Of a DNA stretch of 64,000 bases, positions 37,089 to 45,721 are shown piece after piece. The notes under the pieces were generated by a model. It was not told the DNA's origin. It searched no databases and was given only the letters and a program-made list of their open reading frames with translations. Positions within the stretch are counted from its first letter, which is position 1; the number at the start of each line of letters is the position of its first letter. The stretch is from an uncultured Lachnotalea sp. (GTDB lineage Bacteria > Bacillota > Clostridia > Lachnospirales > Lachnospiraceae), in NCBI GenBank assembly GCA_947066815.1, contig CAMSZT010000011.1, positions 2,567 through 66,566 on the forward strand, in the 5' to 3' direction. The position numbers were made by a program, and so were the translations under genes.

Positions 37089-38144
37089 GTGAGACAGTTT
37101 TTTGGCATGAGCCAGAGCGGAAAGCTGGAGGAAGCGGTCCGCGGGCTTAGAAATCCCCAATTCATTATGTTATTGTCAAATGACAATCAGTTTGAGACAC
37201 ATGTGAAATCTCTGGAAACACTTTTCCCGGGAATTCCCAGCATCGGGTGCGTCGGGATGGGCTACGACACCAGGGTCGTCGAGCACGGCGTCTGCGTGAT
37301 CGCTTTTTGGGACGGTGTCTCGGCTTCGGCGGGCGTGCTGGAACAGGTTTCCACCATGCCCGCCAAATACATCGAGCGTTTACAGGAGGACGTGGCAAAA
37401 GTAAACGGGAACGGCCGCGATACCGTGTGCATCGACTTCTGTTCCGGCAACGATGCCTGCGTGCTCACCACCCTCTACACGGTCCTGAAGCCGAAGGGCA
37501 TCTCCCTGGTGGGCGGGACCGGGGATGCGGGAAAAGTGTCCGCCAACGGAGTCATCTATCCGGACGCGGTGGCTTACGGGATCGTCCGCAACCTGAAGGG
37601 CCGGGTGAAGACCTACAAAGAAAACATCTACCACCAGCTTGGAAATTACCGCTTCATCGCTTCCAATACAGACAAGGCCAATTACGTTCTCGGAAGTCTC
37701 AACGGCAAGCCGGCCAAGCAAGTCTACCAGGAAATCCTTCACGTGACGGACCAGGAAATCCTCACCAGGACCTTCCAGAACCCCTTCGGCAAGGTCAACG
37801 GGGACGACACCTGCATCATTTCCATCAAGGAAGTAAAGGGCAACGCCCTGGCCTGTTTCCGCCAGGTCAACGATTCCGACGTGCTGAACCTGCTGGAGCT
37901 GGGCGATTACGAGGCCATCACCAGGGATACCATCCGCCAGATCTGCCAGGACTTCCCCAAACGCTCCGCCGTATTTTCCGTAAACTGCCTGTTCCGCTAC
38001 AAGCTGTTCTCGGAGCGGGGCTACATGCAGAAATATCTGCAGGAAATGTCCGCCCTGGGGAGCCATGCCGGTCTGGTCGGCTACGGAGAGCATTACAACA
38101 ACCGGTTCGTCAACCAGTCCATGACCTGCGTGGTATTTGAATAA
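37089..38144 (+). CDS. FIST-domain sensory protein
   Basis: 351 aa with layout and motifs typical of FIST_N/FIST_C (IGCVGMGY..., GLVGYGEH). GTG start at 37089, or ATG at 37107. Confidence 0.75.
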   Translation: MRQFFGMSQSGKLEEAVRGLRNPQFIMLLSNDNQFETHVKSLETLFPGIPSIGCVGMGYDTRVVEHGVCVIAFWDGVSASAGVLEQVSTMPAKYIERLQEDVAKVNGNGRDTVCIDFCSGNDACVLTTLYTVLKPKGISLVGGTGDAGKVSANGVIYPDAVAYGIVRNLKGRVKTYKENIYHQLGNYRFIASNTDKANYVLGSLNGKPAKQVYQEILHVTDQEILTRTFQNPFGKVNGDDTCIISIKEVKGNALACFRQVNDSDVLNLLELGDYEAITRDTIRQICQDFPKRSAVFSVNCLFRYKLFSERGYMQKYLQEMSALGSHAGLVGYGEHYNNRFVNQSMTCVVFE

Positions 38145-38157
38145 AGGAGGATGCAGC

Positions 38158-39102
38158 ATGCTTTTCAAGAAAAAACAGCACAGATCGGAACCGGTGGACA
38201 GAAAAAAACTGCTTAACCCGGTTTTACATATCGTAAACAGTCTGAAAGGCTATCAGAAAGAGCTGGTCCAGAAGGAAGTGGATTCCCTCTGGGAACTGAG
38301 CATGATCGGCCGCTCTTTTGAGGGCATTCTGAAAGGCGCAGAGCAGTTCCAGGACCGCCTGCAGGAATTCGGCCAGTCCTTTGAAGGGATCAACCAGACT
38401 GCGGAACAGTTTTCCCAGGTCAGGGACAAAGTCGGCCAGACCGTGGACCGAGCCAGAAATGAGATGGAAGATCTGAAAAACATTTCCGCACAGGTGCTTG
38501 GCTCCTTCGGCGACATGGAACGCATCTTTACGCAGCTCCAGGACTCCATCCAGGGCATCCAGGACTGTATGGGCAAGATCGTCTCCATTGCGGATCAGAC
38601 CAACATCCTTGCGGTCAACGCCTCCATCGAGGCCGCCAGGGCCGGCACCGAGGGCAGAAGCTTCGCCATCGTTGCGGCACAGGTCAAAGACCTGGCCAGG
38701 GAGATTAAGCTTCTGGCCAACGAGGTGGATACCGGCATCCACGAAGTAAAAAATCATTCCACCGAGCTGAGCGGAAGCATCTCCAACGCCCAGGAGACCT
38801 TGGGAAAAGGGGCCTCCATCGTCGAAAATACAGACGCGGGCTTCCAGCAGATCACCACGGCCGCAGAGAGCGCCACCTCCGTGCAGACGGAGATCGCAGA
38901 GGTGATCGACAATTCCCAGAACGACCTGCAGACTGTCTGCCAGTTTTTTGACCAGATCAAGGACCAATACCAGGAGGTCATGGGCCATATCCAGAAGGCC
39001 AGCAGTCTCGGCACCACCAAGAGCAGCATGTTCGAGGACGTGGACAACATGCTGTCCCAGGTCCCGGTCATTATCCAGGACGCCAATACCCAGGAGGGCT
39101 GA
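38158..39102 (+). CDS. soluble methyl-accepting chemotaxis protein (signalling domain only, no TM/HAMP)
   Basis: Highly conserved hairpin tip [33 protein letters not shown]. aaggagg RBS before ATG 38158. Overlaps or abuts the FIST gene end. Confidence 0.88.
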   Translation: MLFKKKQHRSEPVDRKKLLNPVLHIVNSLKGYQKELVQKEVDSLWELSMIGRSFEGILKGAEQFQDRLQEFGQSFEGINQTAEQFSQVRDKVGQTVDRARNEMEDLKNISAQVLGSFGDMERIFTQLQDSIQGIQDCMGKIVSIADQTNILAVNASIEAARAGTEGRSFAIVAAQVKDLAREIKLLANEVDTGIHEVKNHSTELSGSISNAQETLGKGASIVENTDAGFQQITTAAESATSVQTEIAEVIDNSQNDLQTVCQFFDQIKDQYQEVMGHIQKASSLGTTKSSMFEDVDNMLSQVPVIIQDANTQEG

Positions 39103-39120
39103 AAACCTATAAGACAACTT

Positions 39121-39148
39121 TCGGAGGCACTACTTTCAGTGCCTCCGA
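39121..39148. terminator. bidirectional hairpin between convergent MCP and amidohydrolase genes
   Basis: tcggaggcac-tactttca-gtgcctccga. Overlaps the amidohydrolase stop codon (39136-39138). Confidence 0.6.
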
Positions 39149-40008
39149 AACCTTTCCTTTATGATCCGCTCCGTATGTTCCAGAACCCCGTCAAGCCGCT
39201 CCTTGTCGCCGCCCGCCGCCCGCAAAAGCCAAGCATATTCGTCGTAAAGACCCGCCACATGGGGCACCGTGACGGCCCCGGCGTCGCTCCCCAGGGCCAC
39301 GTGGACCCCCAGGGCAAGAGCCCTTCTCACATTCACAAGCTGGCTCTCCGTGATAGCCCTCACCGCCGCCTCGTCAAAGAGCCCCCCTCCGGCCAGGTTC
39401 CCCACCGGGGAAACGGTGGGCGTCCAGACGGTCCCCTTCTCCGCCAGCAGGGAGAGCTCCTCCTCCGTCATGTAAAAGCCGTGCTCAATGCTGTCCGCAC
39501 CGCTCTCGATGGCCCCGTGTACCGTCTCCCGGCCATTCACATGGACCATGACGGCAAATCCCTCCTCGTGGCAGATATGTACCAGCTCCTTCATTTCCCG
39601 GAAGGCAAGCTTTCCCCCGGTGATGGCCCCATACTCGTTAAAATCCAGGATCCCGGAAAACATGATCTTGATAAAGTCCGCGCCTCTTCGGCCCGCATCC
39701 CCCACCAGGTGTGCAAATCCTCTCATATTTTCGTATGCAAGCCCCACTATGCCGCCATAATATCCCTTTTTATGGATCGCAAACACCGGAGAGCGGTAGT
39801 CGATCCCATAATCCGGCGCAATTTCCGCCGCAAAGGAGGACACTCCCAGATAGTCTCCCCCCTCCCGGAAAAAGGTGATCCCCGCCTCCTGATAGGCCCG
39901 CAGGCAGCTTTTCACCGCCTCCCGGTCCACCCCGTTCTTATGGCGGGCCACGGCCGCCCTATAATTGACCCCGTCCATGAACACGTGCCCGTGGCACTCT
40001 CCGAACAT
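39136..40008 (-). CDS. amidohydrolase-family metal-dependent hydrolase
   Basis: N-terminal HGH metal motif (FGECHGHVFMDG) and later HVNG...SIEHG histidines. 290 aa. Confidence 0.8.
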   Translation of the reverse strand: MFGECHGHVFMDGVNYRAAVARHKNGVDREAVKSCLRAYQEAGITFFREGGDYLGVSSFAAEIAPDYGIDYRSPVFAIHKKGYYGGIVGLAYENMRGFAHLVGDAGRRGADFIKIMFSGILDFNEYGAITGGKLAFREMKELVHICHEEGFAVMVHVNGRETVHGAIESGADSIEHGFYMTEEELSLLAEKGTVWTPTVSPVGNLAGGGLFDEAAVRAITESQLVNVRRALALGVHVALGSDAGAVTVPHVAGLYDEYAWLLRAAGGDKERLDGVLEHTERIIKERFRRH

Positions 40009-40034
40009 CCTGTCCTCCCTCTTTCCCTGACGTC

Positions 40035-40697
40035 CTACTTCGTTCCGAAAATCCGATCGCCCGCATCCCCCAGTCCGGGACAGATGTAAGCATGCTCGTT
40101 GAGCTCCCGGTCCACGTGGCCGCAGTAAACCTCCACGTCCGGGTGAGCCTCCCGGAGCCGTCTGATCCCCTCGGGGGCCGCGATGATACAGAGGAATTTG
40201 ATCTGTTTCCCACCACGCTCTTTGATATAATCAATGGCAGACACGGCAGAGCCCCCCGTGGCCAGCATCGGATCCACCACGGTGATCAGCCGCTGGCCGA
40301 TCTCCTCCGGCAGCTTGCAGTAATATTCCCTCGGCTCGTGGGTCTCCGGATCCCGGTACAGGCCAATGTGGCCCACCTTCGCCGACGGCACCAGGGTCAA
40401 GATCCCGTTCACCATTCCAAGACCCGCCCGAAGGATCGGCACCACCGCCAGCTTCTTGCCGGAAATCATCGGCGTCCTACAGGTCTCGATGGGCGTCGTC
40501 ACCTCCACGTCCCCCAGGGGAAGATCCCGGAACGCCTCGTAGCCCATCAGCACCGCAATCTCCTCCACCAGTTTGCGAAACTCGTTGGTTCCCGTCCGCT
40601 CGTCCCGCAGCATGGAAATCTTGTGCTGGATCAGCGGATGCCCCATGACAAATACCTTCTCTCCCCACGTCTGCTCTCCCAATACCTTCTCTTCCAT
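40035..40697 (-). CDS. upp: uracil phosphoribosyltransferase
   Basis: [21 protein letters not shown] and [14 protein letters not shown]-binding motifs. Confidence 0.93.
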   Translation of the reverse strand: MEEKVLGEQTWGEKVFVMGHPLIQHKISMLRDERTGTNEFRKLVEEIAVLMGYEAFRDLPLGDVEVTTPIETCRTPMISGKKLAVVPILRAGLGMVNGILTLVPSAKVGHIGLYRDPETHEPREYYCKLPEEIGQRLITVVDPMLATGGSAVSAIDYIKERGGKQIKFLCIIAAPEGIRRLREAHPDVEVYCGHVDRELNEHAYICPGLGDAGDRIFGTK

Positions 40698-40725
40698 ATG
40701 TACCCCTTTCTGGCCTTGTTATTTT

Positions 40726-40890
40726 ACAGGTAATTGCGAAACTTAAAATTGCCGAGTAGATTCTGACGATTGCGTCCATCCAAAGCCTGCTACGCCAAAC
40801 ATTCCAACTGAGCCCATAAGCGCAGAGGGCTTTTTCTGGAAGCAATCGCCAGAATCTTTCCCATATTTTTCAAATTCCGCAACTACCTGT
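40726..40890. repeat. Family-2 hairpin repeat (about 165 bp)
   Basis: Arms acaggtaattgcgaaactt (40726-40744) / aaattccgcaactacctgt (40872-40890), and agattctgacgattgc (40758-40773) / gcaatcgccagaatct (40842-40856). Arm-like copies at 19462-19528 and 56283-56312. Confidence 0.7.
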
Positions 40891-40905
40891 TTGTGGTTTT
40901 TGATC

Positions 40906-41088
40906 TCACATCTGCTTCTTCACGATTCCGTACTCGTCGTCCAATCGGAAATACGGGCAGTCCGAGAATCCGCCGGAGAGAAACCTCCCCAGCTCGTCCT
41001 CGTCCAGGTCCGCCTCGCAGACATAATATTCGTAGTCCTCGTCATACACGTAATTAACACAGCAGTCACAATTTCCCATCTGTCTCAC
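40906..41088 (-). CDS. small acidic Cys-rich protein (60 aa), function unknown
   Basis: MRQMGNCDCCVNYVYDEDYEYYVCEADLDEDELGRF...CPYF. Co-oriented between nadE and upp. Confidence 0.55.
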   Translation of the reverse strand: MRQMGNCDCCVNYVYDEDYEYYVCEADLDEDELGRFLSGGFSDCPYFRLDDEYGIVKKQM

Positions 41089-41131
41089 TGCGCTGTCCTC
41101 CCGAAACCGCCCCGATGCTTCCCCGGCAGCT

Positions 41132-43066
41132 CTATTTCCCTGACAGCTTCCTCACTTCCTCCAGCCACAGGCGGCCGCAGGCGTCGCTGGGCATCCTGAG
41201 ATCCCCCCTGGGGGAAACGGCCACGCTCCCTACTTTGGGCCCGTCCGGCAGGCAGGAACGCTTGAACTGCTGGGAGAAGAACCGGCGGTAAAAGGTCTCC
41301 TGCCATTTTAAAATGGTTCCTGCGTCGTACACGCCCTCAAATGCTTTCTTCGCCAGCCGGAAAATCTTCGCCGGGCGGTAGCCGAACCGCAGGATATAAT
41401 ATAAGAAGAAATCGTGGAGCTCGTAGGGGCCGACGATATCCTCCGTCCTCTGGGAGATCTTCCCCTCCTTCGGCGGCAGAAGCTCCGGGCTTACCGGCGT
41501 ATCCAAAATGTCAAACAAGATCCCGGCAAGCTTTTCATCCCCGCAGGTCTCCGCATAATAGCGGACCAGATGGCGCACCAGCGTCTTCGGCACGGAGGCA
41601 TTGACCCCGTACATGGACATATGGTCCCCGTTGTAGGTGGCCCAGCCGAGGGCCAGCTCCGACATGTCCCCGGTCCCGATCACCATGCCGCCGCTCCTGT
41701 TTGCGATATCCATGAGCACCTGGGTCCGCTCCCTGGCCTGACTGTTCTCATAAGTCACGGAATGATCCTCCGGATCGTGGCCGATGTCTTTAAAATGCAG
41801 GGACACCGCCTCCCGGATGTCCACCTCCCGAAGCTCTGCCCCCAGAATCTCCGTGAGGGAGCAGGCGTTGGCATAAGTCCGGTCCGTGGTCCCGAAGCAG
41901 GGCATGGTCACCGCAGTGATGCATTCCCGCCCCAGCTTCAAAAGGTCGAAAGCCCTGGCGGTCACCAGAAGGGCCAGTGTGGAATCCAGGCCGCCGGAGA
42001 TTCCCACCACCGCATTCTTGCAGCCGGCATGGGCCAGCCGCTTTTTGAGGCCCATGGCCTGGATAGACAAAATCTCCTCGCACCGCTTGTCCCGCTCCGC
42101 CTTATTGTCCGGCACAAAGGGGGCCGCATCCACAAACCGCTCCAGATCCAGGGGCGTTTTGTCCAGAGTAAAGGACACTTTCATGTAACTGGTACTGTCA
42201 ATGGGACCGAAGGTGGTCAGCCTCCTTCTCTCATTCCGGAGACGCTCCAGGTCCAGATCCGCATAGATCAGCCCGCCGGAAAAACGCTCTGCCTCCCTGA
42301 GGAGCGTCCCGTTCTCACAGATCAGGTTATGGCCCGCAAACACCAGGTCCGTGGAGGATTCCCCCTCCCCCGCATCCGCATAGACGTAGCCGCACACCAG
42401 CCTGGCCGACTGACTCCCGATGAGCTCCCTCCGGTAGACATCCTTTCCCGTGGTCTCGTCGCTGGCGGAGCAGTTGACGATGACCGTGGCCCCCGCCAGC
42501 GCATGGCGGTTTCCCGGCGGATTCGGCACCCACACGTCCTCGCAGATTTCGGCCCCGATCACCAAATCCTCCATATTCATGCAGGAGAACAGGAGGTTCG
42601 TCCCCATGGGGACAAAGTCGGTCATCCCGCCCGAAAGCTCCACCTTCTCCATGACCGGAACCCGGTTCCCGCTCACAAAATGCCTGGCCTCGTAAAATTC
42701 CGAATAATTGGGAATGGCCGTCTTGGGAACCAGCCCCAAAATCTGGCCGTCCTTCAGCGCCGCCGCCACGTTGTAGAGCTTCCCCTCCCGCATCCAGGGA
42801 AGCCCCACGAAGATCAGCAGGTCAAGGTTCTTCGTGTGGTCCGCAAGCAGGGAAAGCTCCCGCCTGGCGCTCTCCAAAAGCGCATCCTGCAAAAACAGAT
42901 CGCCGCAGGTGTATCCGGTCAGGCAAAGCTCCGGAAACACCAGCACCTTCACCTGCCTTGCGGCCGCCTCCCTGCACAGCTCCTCGATCTGGTTCCTGTT
43001 GTGGGCCGGATCGGCCACGCTTACGGACGGCGTGGCGGCTCCCACCCGGATAAATCCCTGTTCCAT
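41132..43066 (-). CDS. nadE: glutamine-dependent NAD+ synthase
   Basis: N-terminal CN-hydrolase domain (VLVFPELCLTGY) plus PP-loop VVGISGGLDSTLAL. Start at MEQGFIRVGAA (ATG 43066). Confidence 0.93.
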   Translation of the reverse strand: MEQGFIRVGAATPSVSVADPAHNRNQIEELCREAAARQVKVLVFPELCLTGYTCGDLFLQDALLESARRELSLLADHTKNLDLLIFVGLPWMREGKLYNVAAALKDGQILGLVPKTAIPNYSEFYEARHFVSGNRVPVMEKVELSGGMTDFVPMGTNLLFSCMNMEDLVIGAEICEDVWVPNPPGNRHALAGATVIVNCSASDETTGKDVYRRELIGSQSARLVCGYVYADAGEGESSTDLVFAGHNLICENGTLLREAERFSGGLIYADLDLERLRNERRRLTTFGPIDSTSYMKVSFTLDKTPLDLERFVDAAPFVPDNKAERDKRCEEILSIQAMGLKKRLAHAGCKNAVVGISGGLDSTLALLVTARAFDLLKLGRECITAVTMPCFGTTDRTYANACSLTEILGAELREVDIREAVSLHFKDIGHDPEDHSVTYENSQARERTQVLMDIANRSGGMVIGTGDMSELALGWATYNGDHMSMYGVNASVPKTLVRHLVRYYAETCGDEKLAGILFDILDTPVSPELLPPKEGKISQRTEDIVGPYELHDFFLYYILRFGYRPAKIFRLAKKAFEGVYDAGTILKWQETFYRRFFSQQFKRSCLPDGPKVGSVAVSPRGDLRMPSDACGRLWLEEVRKLSGK

Positions 43067-43170
43067 AGTCCTTCTCTCCCTCGCAGATTCACTCACTGTT
43101 CGCCGTTTGGTTTTCCTCTGTCCTATTATAAAATACCGGGGGGCAAAAATCAAACGGAAATGTGACGAAC

Positions 43171-43421
43171 AAAAACCGACCGCCCTTTGTTTCGAGGTAT
43201 CGCACGCCAAAAGGTTTCTCCGTTGCCGATTTCAGACACGTCGGTTTTGTCGATTTCACTGCGCCGCCTATTGCAGGCAATTTCACCTCCATCAAACCGG
43301 GTCGGTTAAAATTGCCTGCGCTATGCTCGTGAAATCACCAAACCCTTCCTATCGTCTGCGCATCGGAAACGGAGAAACCTTCCGGCGCCTCGCAGCTTTC
43401 CACAAAGGGCGTCCGGTTTTT
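43171..43421. repeat. Family-1 rod-like palindromic repeat, copy 3 (orientation A on + strand)
   Basis: Outer arms aaaaaccgaccgccctttgt (43171-43190) / acaaagggcgtccggttttt (43402-43421). Inner arms aaggtttctccgttgccgat (43211-43230) / atcggaaacggagaaacctt (43362-43381). Conserved core and loop CACCTCCATCAAACCGGGTCGG. Confidence 0.9.
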
Positions 43422-43569
43422 GTTCTGACAGCGGGGGCCGCCACGGCGGGTTCCTATCCGGGAGGCGGAGGAGGCGCCTGTGACTGCCTGTAGATTTTCA
43501 ACAAAGCCGTCCGCCTTCGTTCTGGTGAGCGGAACCACTCCATAACGATGCTCGTGAAATCGCCGTTCT

Positions 43570-44178
43570 CTATTTACAGAGGCAGGTTCCTCTCGTGAAG
43601 GGGGCCATGTCGATGCGGATAAAATAGCCCCTGTCGTGTTTGCAGACGGGGCAGGTCTCCGGCACCTTCTTTCCGGTGTAAATGTGCCCGCAGTTTAAGC
43701 ACATGTAGATTTCGTCCGCTTCTGTCTGAAACAGCTCGTTCTTCTCCATCAGCTCTGCGATCTGCCCGAAGCGGTCCCCGTGGACCTTTTCGATCTGGGC
43801 GATCTGGCGGAAGCTGGCCGCCACCGCCAGGAAGCCCTCCTCCTGGGCCGTCTTCGCGAAGGCCGGGTACACGTTCTCATATTCCTCATATTCGTTATGC
43901 CTGGCGGCCCGAAGGAGCGTCAGCGCATCGTCGTACACCTCGATGGGGTAGGTTCCGTCGATCTCCAGATTTTCGCCGTTCAGCTCCTTCAAATGTTTGT
44001 AAAAGATTTCCGCATGCTCCTTCTCCTGATCTGCCGTAAACAAAAAAATCTGCTGGATAGCCTGCAGTTTCAGCTCTTTCGCCTTCCCCGCCGCCATGGT
44101 GTAGCGGTTCCTGGCCTGGCTCTCCCCTGCAAACGCCCGAAGCAGATTTTTCCTCGTCTCGCTTTCCCTCAAATTCAT
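43570..44178 (-). CDS. rbr: rubrerythrin
   Basis: Di-iron ferritin-like domain (ESQARNRY...EKEHAE) plus C-terminal rubredoxin CLNCG...CPVC. Confidence 0.92.
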   Translation of the reverse strand: MNLRESETRKNLLRAFAGESQARNRYTMAAGKAKELKLQAIQQIFLFTADQEKEHAEIFYKHLKELNGENLEIDGTYPIEVYDDALTLLRAARHNEYEEYENVYPAFAKTAQEEGFLAVAASFRQIAQIEKVHGDRFGQIAELMEKNELFQTEADEIYMCLNCGHIYTGKKVPETCPVCKHDRGYFIRIDMAPFTRGTCLCK

Positions 44179-44298
44179 CTCGCAAACCTCCTGGGATTCA
44201 AAATAATTGGATTCCCTCCCAGTATGCGCCAGTTGTGGAAAAATTATTCCCCGGTTGCAGCGCCGGCGATCGTCCCATTGTACTAGAGCGTGTCTGAA

Positions 44299-44718
44299 CT
44301 AACAATCCAATTTCCCGAACATTTTAGAGATATCGCTGAGGCTTCCCCTCACATACTGCATGACAGCGTCCCGAAGAGCCGTCATCGCGTCTTCCTCCAT
44401 CCCTTCCAGAAACGCTTCGTTCTCCGCTCGCTGCTCCTGTTCCTCCTTGAATGCCCGCCGCACTTCCGCGATCTGACTCTCCGGGTCTGCATAAAAAGTC
44501 CCCGGGTCATAGCGGATCTGCCTGCAGCGGACCTGCTTTTTCACGCTTTCCTTCCCCTCTTTGGAGAGCTCCAGCTTCACCACAGGTATATCCGAACAAA
44601 GCTCCCTGGAAGATTTCTCCGCCGCGGGCTTTCGAACTTTATCCGCCGTGGACGCCTGTGCCTGAAGCAGCTTCGCCGTCTCGGTTGTCCGGCCATGATC
44701 ACCAATCCTAACGCTCAT
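44299..44718 (-). CDS. hypothetical protein (139 aa)
   Basis: gaggaggg RBS, co-oriented, charged helical sequence. No recognisable motif. Confidence 0.55.
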   Translation of the reverse strand: MSVRIGDHGRTTETAKLLQAQASTADKVRKPAAEKSSRELCSDIPVVKLELSKEGKESVKKQVRCRQIRYDPGTFYADPESQIAEVRRAFKEEQEQRAENEAFLEGMEEDAMTALRDAVMQYVRGSLSDISKMFGKLDC

Positions 44719-44855
44719 GATAGATCCCTCCTCTCAGAATTGTCTGCATAGAAATTTATTTAATAGAAATTATTTAACAGTAATTGTTTCCCCCGGAATC
44801 GCTCATCCCCGGTCTGCCCATTGATCCGTGCCAAAAGCAGCATCGGGCCGGCCGG

Positions 44856-45614
44856 TCAGCAGATACTTAAGCCGCCGTCTACCACCAAGTTGTGCCCGTT
44901 GATCATCTGGGCGCCGTCGCTGGCGAGGAATGCGGCTGCGGCGGCTATCTCGTCCATCTCCCCGAACCGGCCCACCGGCATCTGGGCCAGGCGCTTTTCG
45001 GCCCGCTCTCCCACCCAGTAGGCCCTGGACATGGGCGTCATCACGACCGTCGGCGAGATCGCATTGGCGGTGATACCGTACTTTCCCCATTCCAGCGCCA
45101 GGGTCCTCGTCACGGACAAAAGTCCCGCCTTGCTGGCAGAATAGGCCAGATGATTTTCCACGGCACTGATCCCCGCGTCGGAGGCGATGTTGATGATCCG
45201 CCCGCCGTTCCCCGATGCGATCATGACCTTGCCCGCCTCCTGGGCCAGAAAGAATGCGGATTCCAAATTGACGTTGAGCACGTTGCGCACTTCTTCCTCC
45301 GAGATCTCCGCCGCCGGAACGCCGGAACCGATCCCCGCGCAGTTAACCAGGATGTCAATGGTCCCATACTCCTGCGCAATCTCTTTCACAACCTGTCTCA
45401 TGGCCGACCGGTCCGTGAGCTCCAGGACCTTCCCCGCCACGCCCAGCTCCTTCGCCGTCTCGTCCACCCGCTTTCTTCCCAGGATCACGACCTTCGCCCC
45501 CCGGTAGGCCATCACTTGGGCGATGGACTTTCCGATCCCGCTGGTCCCTCCGCTGACCACCGCCACCTTGTCCGTCAAGAGCAGATCATAACTGAATTTC
45601 TTATATTCGCTCAT
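44856..45614 (-). CDS. SDR-family oxidoreductase (FabG/gluconate-5-dehydrogenase-like)
   Basis: VSGGTSGIGKS cofactor motif, NCAG, and YSASKAG catalytic motif. Confidence 0.9.
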   Translation of the reverse strand: MSEYKKFSYDLLLTDKVAVVSGGTSGIGKSIAQVMAYRGAKVVILGRKRVDETAKELGVAGKVLELTDRSAMRQVVKEIAQEYGTIDILVNCAGIGSGVPAAEISEEEVRNVLNVNLESAFFLAQEAGKVMIASGNGGRIINIASDAGISAVENHLAYSASKAGLLSVTRTLALEWGKYGITANAISPTVVMTPMSRAYWVGERAEKRLAQMPVGRFGEMDEIAAAAAFLASDGAQMINGHNLVVDGGLSIC

Positions 45615-45721
45615 AGCTTCCTCCGATCAAAACCTTTCCTCCATTGTACCACAAACACAAATCAGAGACAAACGTTATTCACAGACAATCGAACAGGGAA
45701 GCGCTTTTCTCCTCCGCCCCG

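Noticed and set aside
37247-38168. 297-aa + (alternate frame) and 262-aa - ORFs overlapping the FIST gene
   Set aside because: Arg/Gly/Pro-rich low-complexity frames. The FIST frame has a coherent globular sequence and an RBS.
41414-43165. 583-aa + strand ORF antisense to nadE
   Set aside because: Same artefact class. Arg/Pro/Gly/His-rich with no domain signature. nadE on the opposite strand is clearly real.
43067-43170. NAD+ riboswitch (nadA or pnuC motif) in the nadE leader
   Set aside because: The leader is short, about 70 nt after a TATAAT-like box. I could not recognise the tandem bulged-stem pattern of the nadA motif. It would need a covariance-model scan.
44179-44298. Possible PerR/Fur box upstream of rubrerythrin (gggattcaaaataattggattccc)
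   Set aside because: On inspection the segment is a direct repeat of ggattc around an AT-rich centre. It is not the 7-1-7 inverted repeat expected for Fur-family operators, so I cannot support the call.
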